Source: Plasmodiophora brassicae (Eukaryota). Taken from it: DNA of 64,000 nt. The position numbers and the translations under genes are program-made. Positions within the stretch are counted from its first letter, which is position 1, and the number at the start of each line of letters is the position of its first letter. Where the stretch lies: assembly GCA_036867785.1 (NCBI GenBank), contig CP145418.1, positions 620,001-684,000 of the forward strand, given 5' to 3'. Positions 24,213-34,420 of the stretch are shown here, in pieces. Under the pieces are notes generated by a model. The model made no database searches, was not told the origin of the DNA, and saw nothing but the letters and a program-made list of their open reading frames with translations.

Positions 24213-24457
24213 CCGAACACGGCACACGGCCCCGCTGCCGCCGACTCGTTCGGCACCGGCGACAAACTGCTACGCGCAACGTGTGGCCGAAGTTCGCCAA
24301 AAACCGCCTTCTCTGCGTCTGTCTGTGCCACACAAGTTCTGGACGGACGCCACCTGGCCCGGGCAGCGCGGGGTGGCGCGTGCTGCACGTCACGGACGCG
24401 TTGGATTGGTGTCGCGGGATCAATCCGGCTAAGTGGGCGGGTGGGGGGTGCGGTCAG

Positions 24458-25087
24458 ATGTGGCGTCGACTGCTGCGCGCCGCAGCGACCGGTCGGCGCG
24501 GGCCCGGGGCCGCCGCCCGGGCGCTGTCGACGGCGATCGAGGAGAAGACGCCCGAGCAGTTCCTGGCGCTGAACGGCAGCCAGCACGCGACGAGCCTACT
24601 GCTGTCGCGGAGTGCCGTCGTCTACAGCCCAGCTCCATCGTACACGCGAGCGTTCCCGGCGCGGGGTCGGCGTGTACTGATATGCCGAGCTGTAGTGTGA
24701 TGCAGCAGGCGAAACGCCCTGAGAAGTCGTTGTGGCTGATCAAGTTTGAGCCGTCGCCGAAATGGAGCAATCCCCTGACGGTTTGACGCCAGCATATATA
24801 CATATGATGTAGACCCTTCGCGTGCTGAATTCGGCGAACGCGCAGGGCTGGACGGCGTCGCGAGACCCGCTGATACAGGTCCGCATTAAATTCAACAGCC
24901 GCGAGGCGGCCGTCCAGTTCGCGGAGACCCATGGTAAGGTTCCCGCTTGCGAACCGGCCCGCAATGTCGCATTGTGACCTGTGGCCAATGCCCAGGGCTG
25001 TCCTACCGGGTCCAGGAAGCACATGTCAAGCAGCGGGCGCCGAAATCCTACGCGACCAACTTCAAGTGGAAGGGGAAACCCGAATAG
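24458..25087 (+). CDS. NDUFS4: Complex I subunit NDUFS4 (18 kDa), spliced
   Basis: Mitochondrial presequence MWRRLLR, then MQQ...WLIKF..KWSNPLT|GWTASRDP...KFNSREAAVQFAE..G..Y...PKSYATNFKW. Confidence 0.93.
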
Positions 25088-25169
25088 CACGCCTCCCGAT
25101 CCGATGCAGGATGGGTCATACATCATTGTCAAATGTTACACGGGCAAGGGAGGTTGAGACGAACTGCCG

Positions 25170-27420
25170 TCATCGCCTTCGTCGATGCTTTTGCCTCTTG
25201 AACTTGTCCGGCGCCGAGATGAGCAACTTGTCGTGGATCATTTGTACAATCTGTTGTCGGACGACGTCGGCGTATTCCATCTCCCTGAACTCCCTCGGGA
25301 ACCGATACGCCAGCCAGATATATATGTCGACGACGGCGGCGAGCTCTTCCAGGTCCTCCAGCGGCACGGGACGGCCACTTGTACCGCGTAAGATGGCTTC
25401 AACGGCGGGGTCGAGGTCCAGGGCGACGCTTGAATGCGAGGTGAACTGTCGTGCAAAGCTGGTCAACTTCTTCACCTGCGACCGCGTGCGCAGGTCGACT
25501 GGTGCCATTGCGAACGTGTGCCGTTGGTTCAATGTCAGCGGGAGCCTAGAACATGAAGCTCAGTCTCGCACAACAGTACGAAGGGCGGTGCCTTACTGTT
25601 GAATAGCTTCACCGAGTTCAATCAGGTCCTGGAGCTTAGCAGTCATGAAGAAGAGCCCGTCCAGCGTGGAATGATGCTGAAACTGCCTGATGACTACGAA
25701 AGCGAACCAACGTGTTCAGTTCGTTGGTCTCGACAGCCACAAATGCAATAGGGAGCAGGGTACCTTCGTGATAGTCAAGGTTAGGGATCGCCTCCGACAA
25801 TTGTTGAATGGCGGAGAACTCGGGCGTCAGGCCAGCTTGCTCGATGGCAGTCGGTTTTGATTTCAGGGCTTCGCGAAGGAAGTCGACATCGTCCTCATTG
25901 GCGGACGCTTCCAGGCACGTCACTTCGCCAGTCGGAAATTCTGACCCGTACCTGCCAGCACGCCCGCCGATCTGCAGGACCTCAGACACGGTTAAACGTC
26001 TTGTTTCCTGGCCGTCGAATTTCTGAAAAGCGAATCAATATCTGACGCTGAGGCAGTCGAGTGTTCCACATGGTCCAGACCCGCAGCGACGTGAATATGA
26101 TTCGCTTGATGTGCAGGTTCAGCCCCATTCCGATGGCGTCGCTGGCAATGAGGATATCGAAGCCAGAATCAGGGTCGTTAAACAGGGTGGCTTGCGCCTG
26201 GCGCGCTTGTGGTGGCAAACTGCCGTACACGACGCAGGCCTTGAGGCCGGTCTCCCGTTCAACACGTTTCTTCTACGCGGATCCCGTTATCAGAGCCACC
26301 CATCCGACTCCCCCGCATCCAGTGACGAACCATCTCATGGATGCTGTGTCGAGAGAAGCAGATGAGACAATCGCCACGCGACAGCTGTTTCAGGGATCTG
26401 ACAGGACTGCTGAACGACAGCGTACCTGGGGCGCAGATCAGACACCATTTCACTGTATCCGACCGACGATCCGAACACTGACCAAGCCGTTGATGCGGGA
26501 TGATGGTCAATTGCTCGTCGTTGATTTCGCATATTTCTTCAATTAGCGAGGTTGCTGAGGTGTCTCCACAGAGGTAGACCTATCAAGACGGCTCAGTGGC
26601 CCGGCAAGCACTATGGGCGCCTTCGGTGGTCGCCGACCGTCTGCGCTGGAGCGCCTAGTAGGGCGCGAGTGAAAGCGTGACCACGGTCCGGGTCGCCCAC
26701 CATTTGAATTTCGTCGATAACGGCAACTTCGACTTCGCTGTTGACATCCGTCATCTCAACCGTCGCTGACTTGTGCCTGGCGAAGGGTGTATCTATTATT
26801 TCCTGCCCTGACCGACACCCTCAGCACAGCTGGGCAACACGTATCGTTAGCACCACGCCGGTTACCTGTACGAAGATCGCAGGGCACAGCGTTCCCCTGA
26901 AGCCGCTTGTAAACCTGCCAGGCCAGTAATCGCAACGGCCCAGCATAGAGGCCACAGTCGGCTTTCTCCAGGTCCACCAGCGCACCATGGGTTTTCCCGC
27001 TATTGGTGGGACCGCAGTGAAAGACGATGTGACGTTTCATCGACCTTGCCAACGGATACCACCTGCGGCACGGGTCCAATGGATTAGAACTCGGGACAAC
27101 GAATATGGAAGATCCTACTGAGATGGGCCACGAAGATCGGTCAGTGCTACGACGTCGTTGTTGACCTCTTTGGACTGGTGCATCATCGCGAAGGACTTGA
27201 ACGCGTCGACGATCTTCTCCGGCGACGACGACCGCGCCACGAGCTGCTGCGCGCCGTCGTCATCACAGTACATGTTGACCAGTTTCCGGATCGCCCGTCG
27301 CCCCAGGTTGAACTCATCGTGCAATTCATCGCGCACCCTCGAATTCCCGATAATGTCCCGAATGTGATCCGACGCCGACGACATACGGCGCCGGGCACGG
27401 CACCACTGACGATGCAACAT
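25170..27420 (-). CDS. SUV3: Mitochondrial RNA helicase SUV3, spliced
   Basis: [69 protein letters not shown]. Confidence 0.96.
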
Positions 27421-27736
27421 CCGACAGCGACGGCGACAACCGCTCCCCGGGGAGCTCTACTTGGGACTGGCTGCTCGCTGTGAAATGACCACTGGACCGC
27501 ACCAGCAGGTGGTACCACTACAGTACTATTTGTTGCGCGCTGCAGCTCACTGTGCGGCAGACTGGTGCAGCTGCAGCGGGCGCGGCGATCCCCCGTGCGC
27601 GCAGCTGCCAACGACGCACCGCGGAATGGCCGCCAACGGGGGATCCGCAACGCTGGCTAAACGATTCGGTCATGATGCAGGCCGTGTGCGGTCTGTACTG
27701 ATTGCATATGCAAGCAGGCGGCATCGTGTGCGCTTG

Positions 27737-29658
27737 TCAGGTGCGTCGCGCCTGGAGCTGCTGCTCCAGGTTCTGTAACCTGCGCGGGCTGGTCAATAAA
27801 CTGGCAGAGACACACACCGTTCCCGCCCGCATCCGTTACTTGATGGATCCCTTCGAGTTCAGGTCGAATTTGCGGGCCAGCGTCAGGCACTCGTGTATGG
27901 ACAGCGGCAGGCCCGTTTGGCGAACCCAGAGGCAGAACGCGTCGTGATCTGTACCACCGTTCGTCAACGCCGGCGAATCCCCTGGCCAGAGCGCTCTGCG
28001 TATATACCGAGTTGGCCGTTTCGCGACAGCGTATGGGCGTGGTCGATGAGAGCGCTGCGATCGACCTGGGAGACTGCACCGGCGAGCTTCTTCTCGACAA
28101 CGTCCACGTCGGCGGCCGGGAACATGTCGGAGTGCGACTCCATGAAGCGCAGCGTGAATTCGTCGGCGCCGGTCAGGCGGAACGGGAACCCGTTCAGCCG
28201 CAGCGTCGACCCGACGAAGAACTTGGTGCTGTCCAGGTTGGGCAGGTACGTGCGCTCCAGGAACTTGCCGCCGACGAACCCGGAATTGCGAACCTTGCCC
28301 TCGAAGATCGCCACGGTGCTGTCCTGTTTGAAGAACGTCACGACGAACTTCCGTTCGTGGTCCTCCGGGCGGTTCGTATCCAGGATCGCCTCGAACCGCA
28401 ACGGCGACGCGTCGAACACGATGTGGTGCTGCTCCGGCTGCGTCGACGGTTCGTCCTGCAACACCTCCTGGCGACGAACCTCTTCCGTTGCCGTCTGGCA
28501 CGGGATCGCCCGCATCTCGTCGTCGGTCAGCCCGTAGTGCGTCTTGTAGAAGTTCCTCGTGTACTCGTCGCAGTCGGTGATGAGGAGCTCGCGGCCGAAC
28601 ACGACAATGGTGCCCCCGATACGGAAGTCGGCCTCGCTGTAGAACGCATCATCCTCCAGCGACTCGTCCGTGCCGATCTGGGCCTGGTTCGACGACGCGA
28701 ACGCCTTCGGCATGCGGTGGCGCTTCAGCAGGGCCGGGAACGCGTCCCGCCCCGAGTTCGGCTGCTTGATCTCGAGGACCTCCATCGTCGAGTCCGCCCG
28801 GAAGTAGTGCACGATGAACGGGCGCGCCTCGCCGTACAGGGCCGGGTCGCGCCACGTCACCCAGAACCGGAGCACCTGCCTGTCGTGCTCGAGGAACTGT
28901 CGCGTGCGACGCAACGTCGACTTCATCGGCTTGCCCTGCTGCGCTTCGACGAACTTGGTCACGTCGCTGGCGTGTCGGCCGTCGGGTTTGGCACCAGGGG
29001 CGGCGGCCGCCTGCTGCCTGGCGTGGAAGTCGTCCAGCGGCGTCGGCTCCGAGGGTCCCAGCTGCAACCCGAGCGTTGCTTCGAGGAACCGCCTCGTGAA
29101 CGGGTCCGCGTCTGTGATTCGGAAGGTCTTCCCGTAGATGGGAAGCTCGGCGCCGATTCGCGCCAGGTCCTGGACGACGTAGTAGCGGTCGGGACCGGCC
29201 GGGATCTGGTGGCGCTTCACGAGCAGGCCCTGTTTCATGCCGCTGTTGTGGTCCTTGATCTCCTGAATGTGGATCGAGTCGTCCTCGAGGTAGTAGAACA
29301 GGGTGCAGGCGCGAACGCGTTGCGTCTCTTCCGGGCGTTCATGGACGGAATCCTTGAAGTACCCATGGAAGCGCAGAACTTTGTTGCTGAACGCCATCCA
29401 GGGCGGCAACCGGGACATGGGGATGGCACGACGGTCGTGTTTCGGGATCTTCTTCGTCCATGGGTCCGGCGGGATACCATCGTACCCGGGGCGCTCTTTG
29501 GCGAACCGCGCCTCGGGCGAGATCGGCTGGTCCAGCGTGCGAAGCTCGACGACGTCCGTAACGGGGACGCCGTTGATCAGGTCGAACTGGTGGCGTTTCG
29601 CGAACGACGCCGGCACATCCGTCTGGAGGGCATACCCGGGCAGGAACGGGAGCGGCAT
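27737..29658 (-). CDS. EFHC1: EFHC1/RIB72 axonemal microtubule inner protein (three DM10 domains + EF-hand-like end)
   Basis: MPLPFLPG start, repeated VLRF...YYLEDDSI..E...NSG..QG / NSGRDAFP / NSGFVGGKFLER, and a last exon LTLARKFD. Confidence 0.93.
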
Positions 29659-29877
29659 GGGGCTGTCACGTTGACGATGACGATAGCCGCAGCGGTCTAG
29701 ATCGCCCTCCTAACCAGGGACCGTACCCCTGCCTCGTCGAGTACTACCGGCCATGATCCATCATCGCCTACCCGCCAATACAATACGTTAGGGCGTCCCC
29801 GGTATGTTCGCTGTGCAGCGGGCTACCTGCAGTGGTAGGTACTTCGCGCAATATCAGGGGCACAGTCATATATTGGG

Positions 29878-30800
29878 TCAGCGTCGCGCAACGAATTGCT
29901 GTGCAATGAGCGAGGCAGCTGTGTCCTGCAGAGGGGGATTGGATGACGCAGGCGGCGATGGTGACTTGACGGCGGTCCGGTTGCGACCGGCGACCGGGTC
30001 GAAGTACATGCCGGGAGGGATCGGTTCGTCGCGCATCGATGTCGGTTTCGGGGGGACGCGGGGCAATGGGTGCTTCCGCTGGCGCCAGGCGACGACCTCG
30101 TGCGATGACGTGTCCTGCTGCCCGGTCAGGCCAGCGGCAGCACAGACCCGGCCCCAGCCAGCGCCGGGCGGCCGACTCATCGCCTGCGTGGTCGTTTCGT
30201 AGTTGGCGTTGGAGATGTCACCGAACTTGATGGCCTGCGGTTGATCGACGGGCACCTTCGTCGTAAGAAGCTTCGTCCCGAGATCGTTCTGCGTCTTGAT
30301 CGTCAACGCTGGCGTCGCTCTCTGGCGACCTTGCTGGTCGGGCCAACGGAAGTCGCCTTGTGACACGGTCTCGAACGATGGCGTGGAGATGTCGGCCAGG
30401 AGGATCTGGTTGGGTGCCGGAGGTGGCTTTCGAGTCGTTCTGCACGCTGATGCGTCGCCGCGCTTGACGAACGCCGATCCTGACGTTGTTTCAAAGTGGC
30501 CCTTCGGCGGCACCGTCGTGGGCATCCGCATCGAGATGTGGCTGGTGCGCATCTTCGAGCCGATCTCGCCCAGTGGACACACCTCCACCTTCGCCCTGTA
30601 CTTCGACCCGATGTCGTTGCTGGCCGGGAAAACGTTAGCCAACCCCGGCCCAGCAACAGGTAAGCGTGCTTCGCCCACCTGTGCACGAAGGTCAGCGATG
30701 CGAGCGCCCGCCCAGCAGCATTTGCGTCCAGCTCGACGAAGTCGCTGTGCGAGACGCTCTTCGCCGGCGCCTCGTTCGTCTCAGTGTATATGCCGGACAT
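29878..30800 (-). CDS. Hypothetical protein with short repeated (F/Y)ET(T/V)xxxx(F) motifs; candidate ciliary MIP
   Basis: KSVSHSDF, FETTSGSAF, FETVSQGDFRWP and YETTTQAM in a Pro-rich backbone. One intron near 30680-30720. Confidence 0.55.
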
Positions 30801-30944
30801 CGCCTGACGTCACGATACGAATGCTAAATATCTGGGCACTCGTCGGCGATCAAACGACGATCTCCTTGTGCAGATTCGCTAGACGTGATCGTGCCAGGCA
30901 TAGCAGCAAGCAGAATAAATGATCGGTTGATGATTGTGGATGAG

Positions 30945-32006
30945 TTAACAGGGGAGCAACGCGACAGTCTTCTCGCCCTCTGTCTCCTCGAAGTATAAGC
31001 GTGGCGCATCAGCGATGACCTTGAGCGCTTGCCGGGCGTCCTCGCGCGAAAGAGCGAATGCGCCGGCGAAGCTGACATCAATGGTACTGTCTGGCGAGAA
31101 CAGGACATCGGCACCTGCCGCATGAATGATCGTCGCTGCCTTCGTTTCGACACATTCGATGTGGCGCAGAGCGGGACAAGCCTCGTCCAATAGGGCATTG
31201 ACGGCCGCGTTTTCATGGAAAGCAGCGTGTTCTACGGCGAGCGTGAACCGATACAGGAAGGTCTCGAAGGCTTCCTTGTACCTGGACGCCCAGTCGGTCC
31301 TGGCCTTGTCGGCGTGCAGGTACTCCAAAGCGCGGTCGAGACTGGGTCGGATGCGATCACGTAGGGCGCGCTCCCAGACGTACAGGTTCATGATCTGATC
31401 GTACTTGGCCGCCATGCGATGCGCCCAGGTCAAGCCCTCACGAACGTCGGCGGGCAGGTTGTCCGCCTTGCGGGCCTGGCTCTCTAAATACATGATGCTG
31501 TTGAACCCGTTCCTGACCAGCTTCACCAAGTCCATCTCGGCATGTGGCGACAATGTCGACCTCAGCTTAGTGAAGGTCGCCTGCGACGACCCCGGCCGCC
31601 GATTCTTCAGCAACAGGGCCCGATCTGCAACGAGTGTGACGCCCCGGGACGATACCAGATCGACGACCTCGGACGGCACCGCCTCAAACACGTTGAACGG
31701 GCATCGGATCGCCACCAGGTGCTCCGCACACCCAGCACGATCCACCCGGTCCAGCACGTTCGCCGCCGTTGCACCCGACAACACCTCCGGCCACGCGACC
31801 CCAAACGGGGCGCCGGGCGCCACCGCGTCCAGGTCCGACACGAACCGGACGGACCGCCCCCCGCCCGACATACCCGACGCCGGCACGTCCCCGTACTCGC
31901 CCGCCCGCGTCCGACATCGACTGACCGGCGCCGGCGTCGCCGTCGACAGGCGCCGGCGGCAAATCCGGCGCCAGCTGCTGCCCCCCGTCGTCGTCATCAC
32001 CATCAT
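30945..32006 (-). CDS. Tandem paralog 3, RCPFNxFE family (AKR C-terminal-half-like)
   Basis: Intronless ORF sharing SRC, PFG, LVAIRCPFNVFE, VADRAL, CP, KA..I..AAGADVLF and DAR.AL..IA.AP with the two adjacent ORFs. Confidence 0.85.
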   Translation of the reverse strand: MMVMTTTGGSSWRRICRRRLSTATPAPVSRCRTRAGEYGDVPASGMSGGGRSVRFVSDLDAVAPGAPFGVAWPEVLSGATAANVLDRVDRAGCAEHLVAIRCPFNVFEAVPSEVVDLVSSRGVTLVADRALLLKNRRPGSSQATFTKLRSTLSPHAEMDLVKLVRNGFNSIMYLESQARKADNLPADVREGLTWAHRMAAKYDQIMNLYVWERALRDRIRPSLDRALEYLHADKARTDWASRYKEAFETFLYRFTLAVEHAAFHENAAVNALLDEACPALRHIECVETKAATIIHAAGADVLFSPDSTIDVSFAGAFALSREDARQALKVIADAPRLYFEETEGEKTVALLPC

Positions 32007-32084
32007 CACCCAACGCGGGCAATTTGCCGAATGACAACCCAGTCGGCAGTTCGCCCGTTGTCAACGATGTTACTTGTTACATCA

Positions 32085-33233
32085 TTATTTTGTGGTCGGG
32101 ACGGGCCCGGCTGCTGTAGGTGTAACGCCGCCAGCGTACAGCGGCGGGCGCTTCGGGTGTTGGCTGGTCAGGTAGTCGGCGCGCTCGAAGTACAGGAGCG
32201 GGGCGCCGGCAACGTAGTGCAGGGCGTCGCGCGCGTACTGCCGCGTGACGCGTGCGCAGGCGAGCGACAGCTCGACGATTTTCGACTGGCAGAACAGGAT
32301 GTCGGCGCCGGCGGCGTGCAGGATGGACGCGATCTTCAGTTCGATGTCCTTGGTGTTGTACAGGACCGGGCACGCCTTGTCGATGAACGCGCCCAGCTCG
32401 TCCATCTCGCGGTAGGCGATGTCGCAGACGGCCTTGATGAGGAGGTCGGTCAGGACCTGGAACGCGCGATAGTACAGCGCCGCCCAGCGCTGGTGGGCCA
32501 GCGATCCATTCGACAGGTGCCACATGGCGTCCTTATAGCTCATCGTGACGTACCGCATGACGTTGTCGAAGATGATCGCGTTCATGATCGTGTCATATTC
32601 GTCGTACAGGCGATGGCCCCAGTGAACGCCCTCGAAGATATCGGGTGGCACGTCACCCTCCTTGATCTGATCCTCCAGTTCGAGAACGGCCTCGAACGCC
32701 AGGGCGACGAGCTTGGGCAGGTCGGACGCCTGCTTCGGGATCTCCGAACTGACCATCGTCAACGTCAACACGCCTGGCGCCCGCGATTTCATCGTGAACG
32801 CGCGCTCGGCGACCAGACGCACCGCCCGCCTCTCCAGCGCGTCAACCGCATCGTCCTCGACGCGCTCGAACAGGTTGAACGGGCATCGGACCGCGACCAG
32901 GTGCTTCATCGACCCAGCCGCGTCCGCCCGGGTGAACAAATTCTCGACCATGTCACCCGTGACGGGAACGTTGAACCTGATGCCGAACGGCGCGCCCGCA
33001 TCGGCGACCTTGTCGACGTCGTCGTAGAACGTGATGCGCTTCTCGTCGTCGCCCTTCTTGTTGGTGTTGCTGTACGTCATCGTGCAGGGCCACGTGTCGT
33101 CGTACCTGCTACCGTCCTTGACCGTGCACCGGCTCCTCACCTCGCCGTCCAGCAGGACCGGCTCGACGCCCAGCGACGCCAACGACGCCACCCGTCGCCG
33201 GCCACATATTCGGCTGCACCGCCGCGCGATCAT
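32085..33233 (-). CDS. Tandem paralog 2, RCPFNxFE family
   Basis: LVAVRCPFNLFER, VAERAF, ACP, ILHAAGADILF, ARDALHYVAGAP. Confidence 0.85.
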   Translation of the reverse strand: MIARRCSRICGRRRVASLASLGVEPVLLDGEVRSRCTVKDGSRYDDTWPCTMTYSNTNKKGDDEKRITFYDDVDKVADAGAPFGIRFNVPVTGDMVENLFTRADAAGSMKHLVAVRCPFNLFERVEDDAVDALERRAVRLVAERAFTMKSRAPGVLTLTMVSSEIPKQASDLPKLVALAFEAVLELEDQIKEGDVPPDIFEGVHWGHRLYDEYDTIMNAIIFDNVMRYVTMSYKDAMWHLSNGSLAHQRWAALYYRAFQVLTDLLIKAVCDIAYREMDELGAFIDKACPVLYNTKDIELKIASILHAAGADILFCQSKIVELSLACARVTRQYARDALHYVAGAPLLYFERADYLTSQHPKRPPLYAGGVTPTAAGPVPTTK

Positions 33234-33254
33234 GCCAGATATCAGTCGCTCCGT

Positions 33255-34358
33255 TTATGAACCCGTGGTCGATCGCGGCCGTCGTCTCTTGGCTTTGGGC
33301 GGCGCGGGACTGGCCGCCGCGATCTGCTCGAATTCCATCAGCGGCGCCTTGGCGATCATCTTCAACGCGATCCGGGCGTCGTCCTTGGTGACTTTCCGGT
33401 CATCGTCCTCCATGTTCATCAGGATGCCCGGGGAGAACAGGACGTCAGCGCCGGCGGCTCGCAGGATGGTCAGCGCCTTACGCTCAACGCACCAGATGTG
33501 GGCGACCGTTGGGCAGACGTTGTTCAGGAGCTCGTAGATCTGGACGTTCTGGCGGAAGGCGGTCAGCTCGGCGGCCATGCCGATGCGCCCGATCAGGACC
33601 TCGAACGCCGTCGCGTACTTGTCCGCCCAGGCCAGGCTGCGTTTGTTGCCGAACTCGCGGAAGTGCCCAGCGATGCGCTTCAGCGTCGGGCGGATGCGCT
33701 CGCGCAGGGCGGTCTCCCAGGCGTACATGTTGACCAGATGGTCGATTTCGACGGCGAGTCGCCGGCCGAGCTGCAGCGCCTCCTCGACGTCGCCAGGCAT
33801 CTCGCCCGTCTTCGTGATGTGCCTCTCGATCTGGATGACCTCCTTCAGGCCCGCCTTGATGATCGACGGCAGGTCGACGTAGTCGTGGGGCGTGAACGAC
33901 GACCCGATCTTGATGAACGTCGGCTTCTCGCTCGGGACCCGCGATCGCGGCAGCAGGGCGCGATCGGCAACGAACCGGATGCCGCTCTCGGCGAGCAGGT
34001 CCAGCGCGTTGTACGACACGCGTTCAAAGATGTTGAACGGGCACCGAAACGCAACGAGGTTGCCGAAGACGCCCTCGCGCTTCGCGCGGTCCATCGCGAA
34101 CCGGACAGTGTCGACCGAGAGCGGGCGATCGGACCGGAACCCGAACGGCGTCGCGTGCAGGTCGTCGTGGATCGCCACGAACGGGACGTGCTGGTCGTCG
34201 TGCGTCATGGCCGTCGGGCCCAGGTCGTCGTACACGCCCGTCCTGGTCGCGCAACGACTCTTGGGCCGGACATAGGCCGGCGGGTACATCGCCAGCCCAC
34301 GCCGACGCCACGCGGTCATCCTGGGCACGTAATCCAATTTGAGAGCAGACGACGCCAT
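33255..34358 (-). CDS. Tandem paralog 1, RCPFNxFE family
   Basis: LVAFRCPFNIFER, VADRALL, VCP, RKALTILRAAGADVLF, DARIALKMIAKAP. Confidence 0.85.
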   Translation of the reverse strand: MASSALKLDYVPRMTAWRRRGLAMYPPAYVRPKSRCATRTGVYDDLGPTAMTHDDQHVPFVAIHDDLHATPFGFRSDRPLSVDTVRFAMDRAKREGVFGNLVAFRCPFNIFERVSYNALDLLAESGIRFVADRALLPRSRVPSEKPTFIKIGSSFTPHDYVDLPSIIKAGLKEVIQIERHITKTGEMPGDVEEALQLGRRLAVEIDHLVNMYAWETALRERIRPTLKRIAGHFREFGNKRSLAWADKYATAFEVLIGRIGMAAELTAFRQNVQIYELLNNVCPTVAHIWCVERKALTILRAAGADVLFSPGILMNMEDDDRKVTKDDARIALKMIAKAPLMEFEQIAAASPAPPKAKRRRPRSTTGS

Positions 34359-34420
34359 CCATCCGGTCGAAATGGAACTGTATCGGTCGGTATAATAAGT
34401 TATGACGTGGGCCCAGGTCG

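Noticed and set aside
28012-29700. 562-aa + strand ORF
   Set aside because: Antisense shadow of EFHC1, caused by GC-rich codon bias; no motifs.
31542-33260. 572-aa + strand ORF
   Set aside because: Antisense to the conserved paralogs; Arg-rich, no family features.
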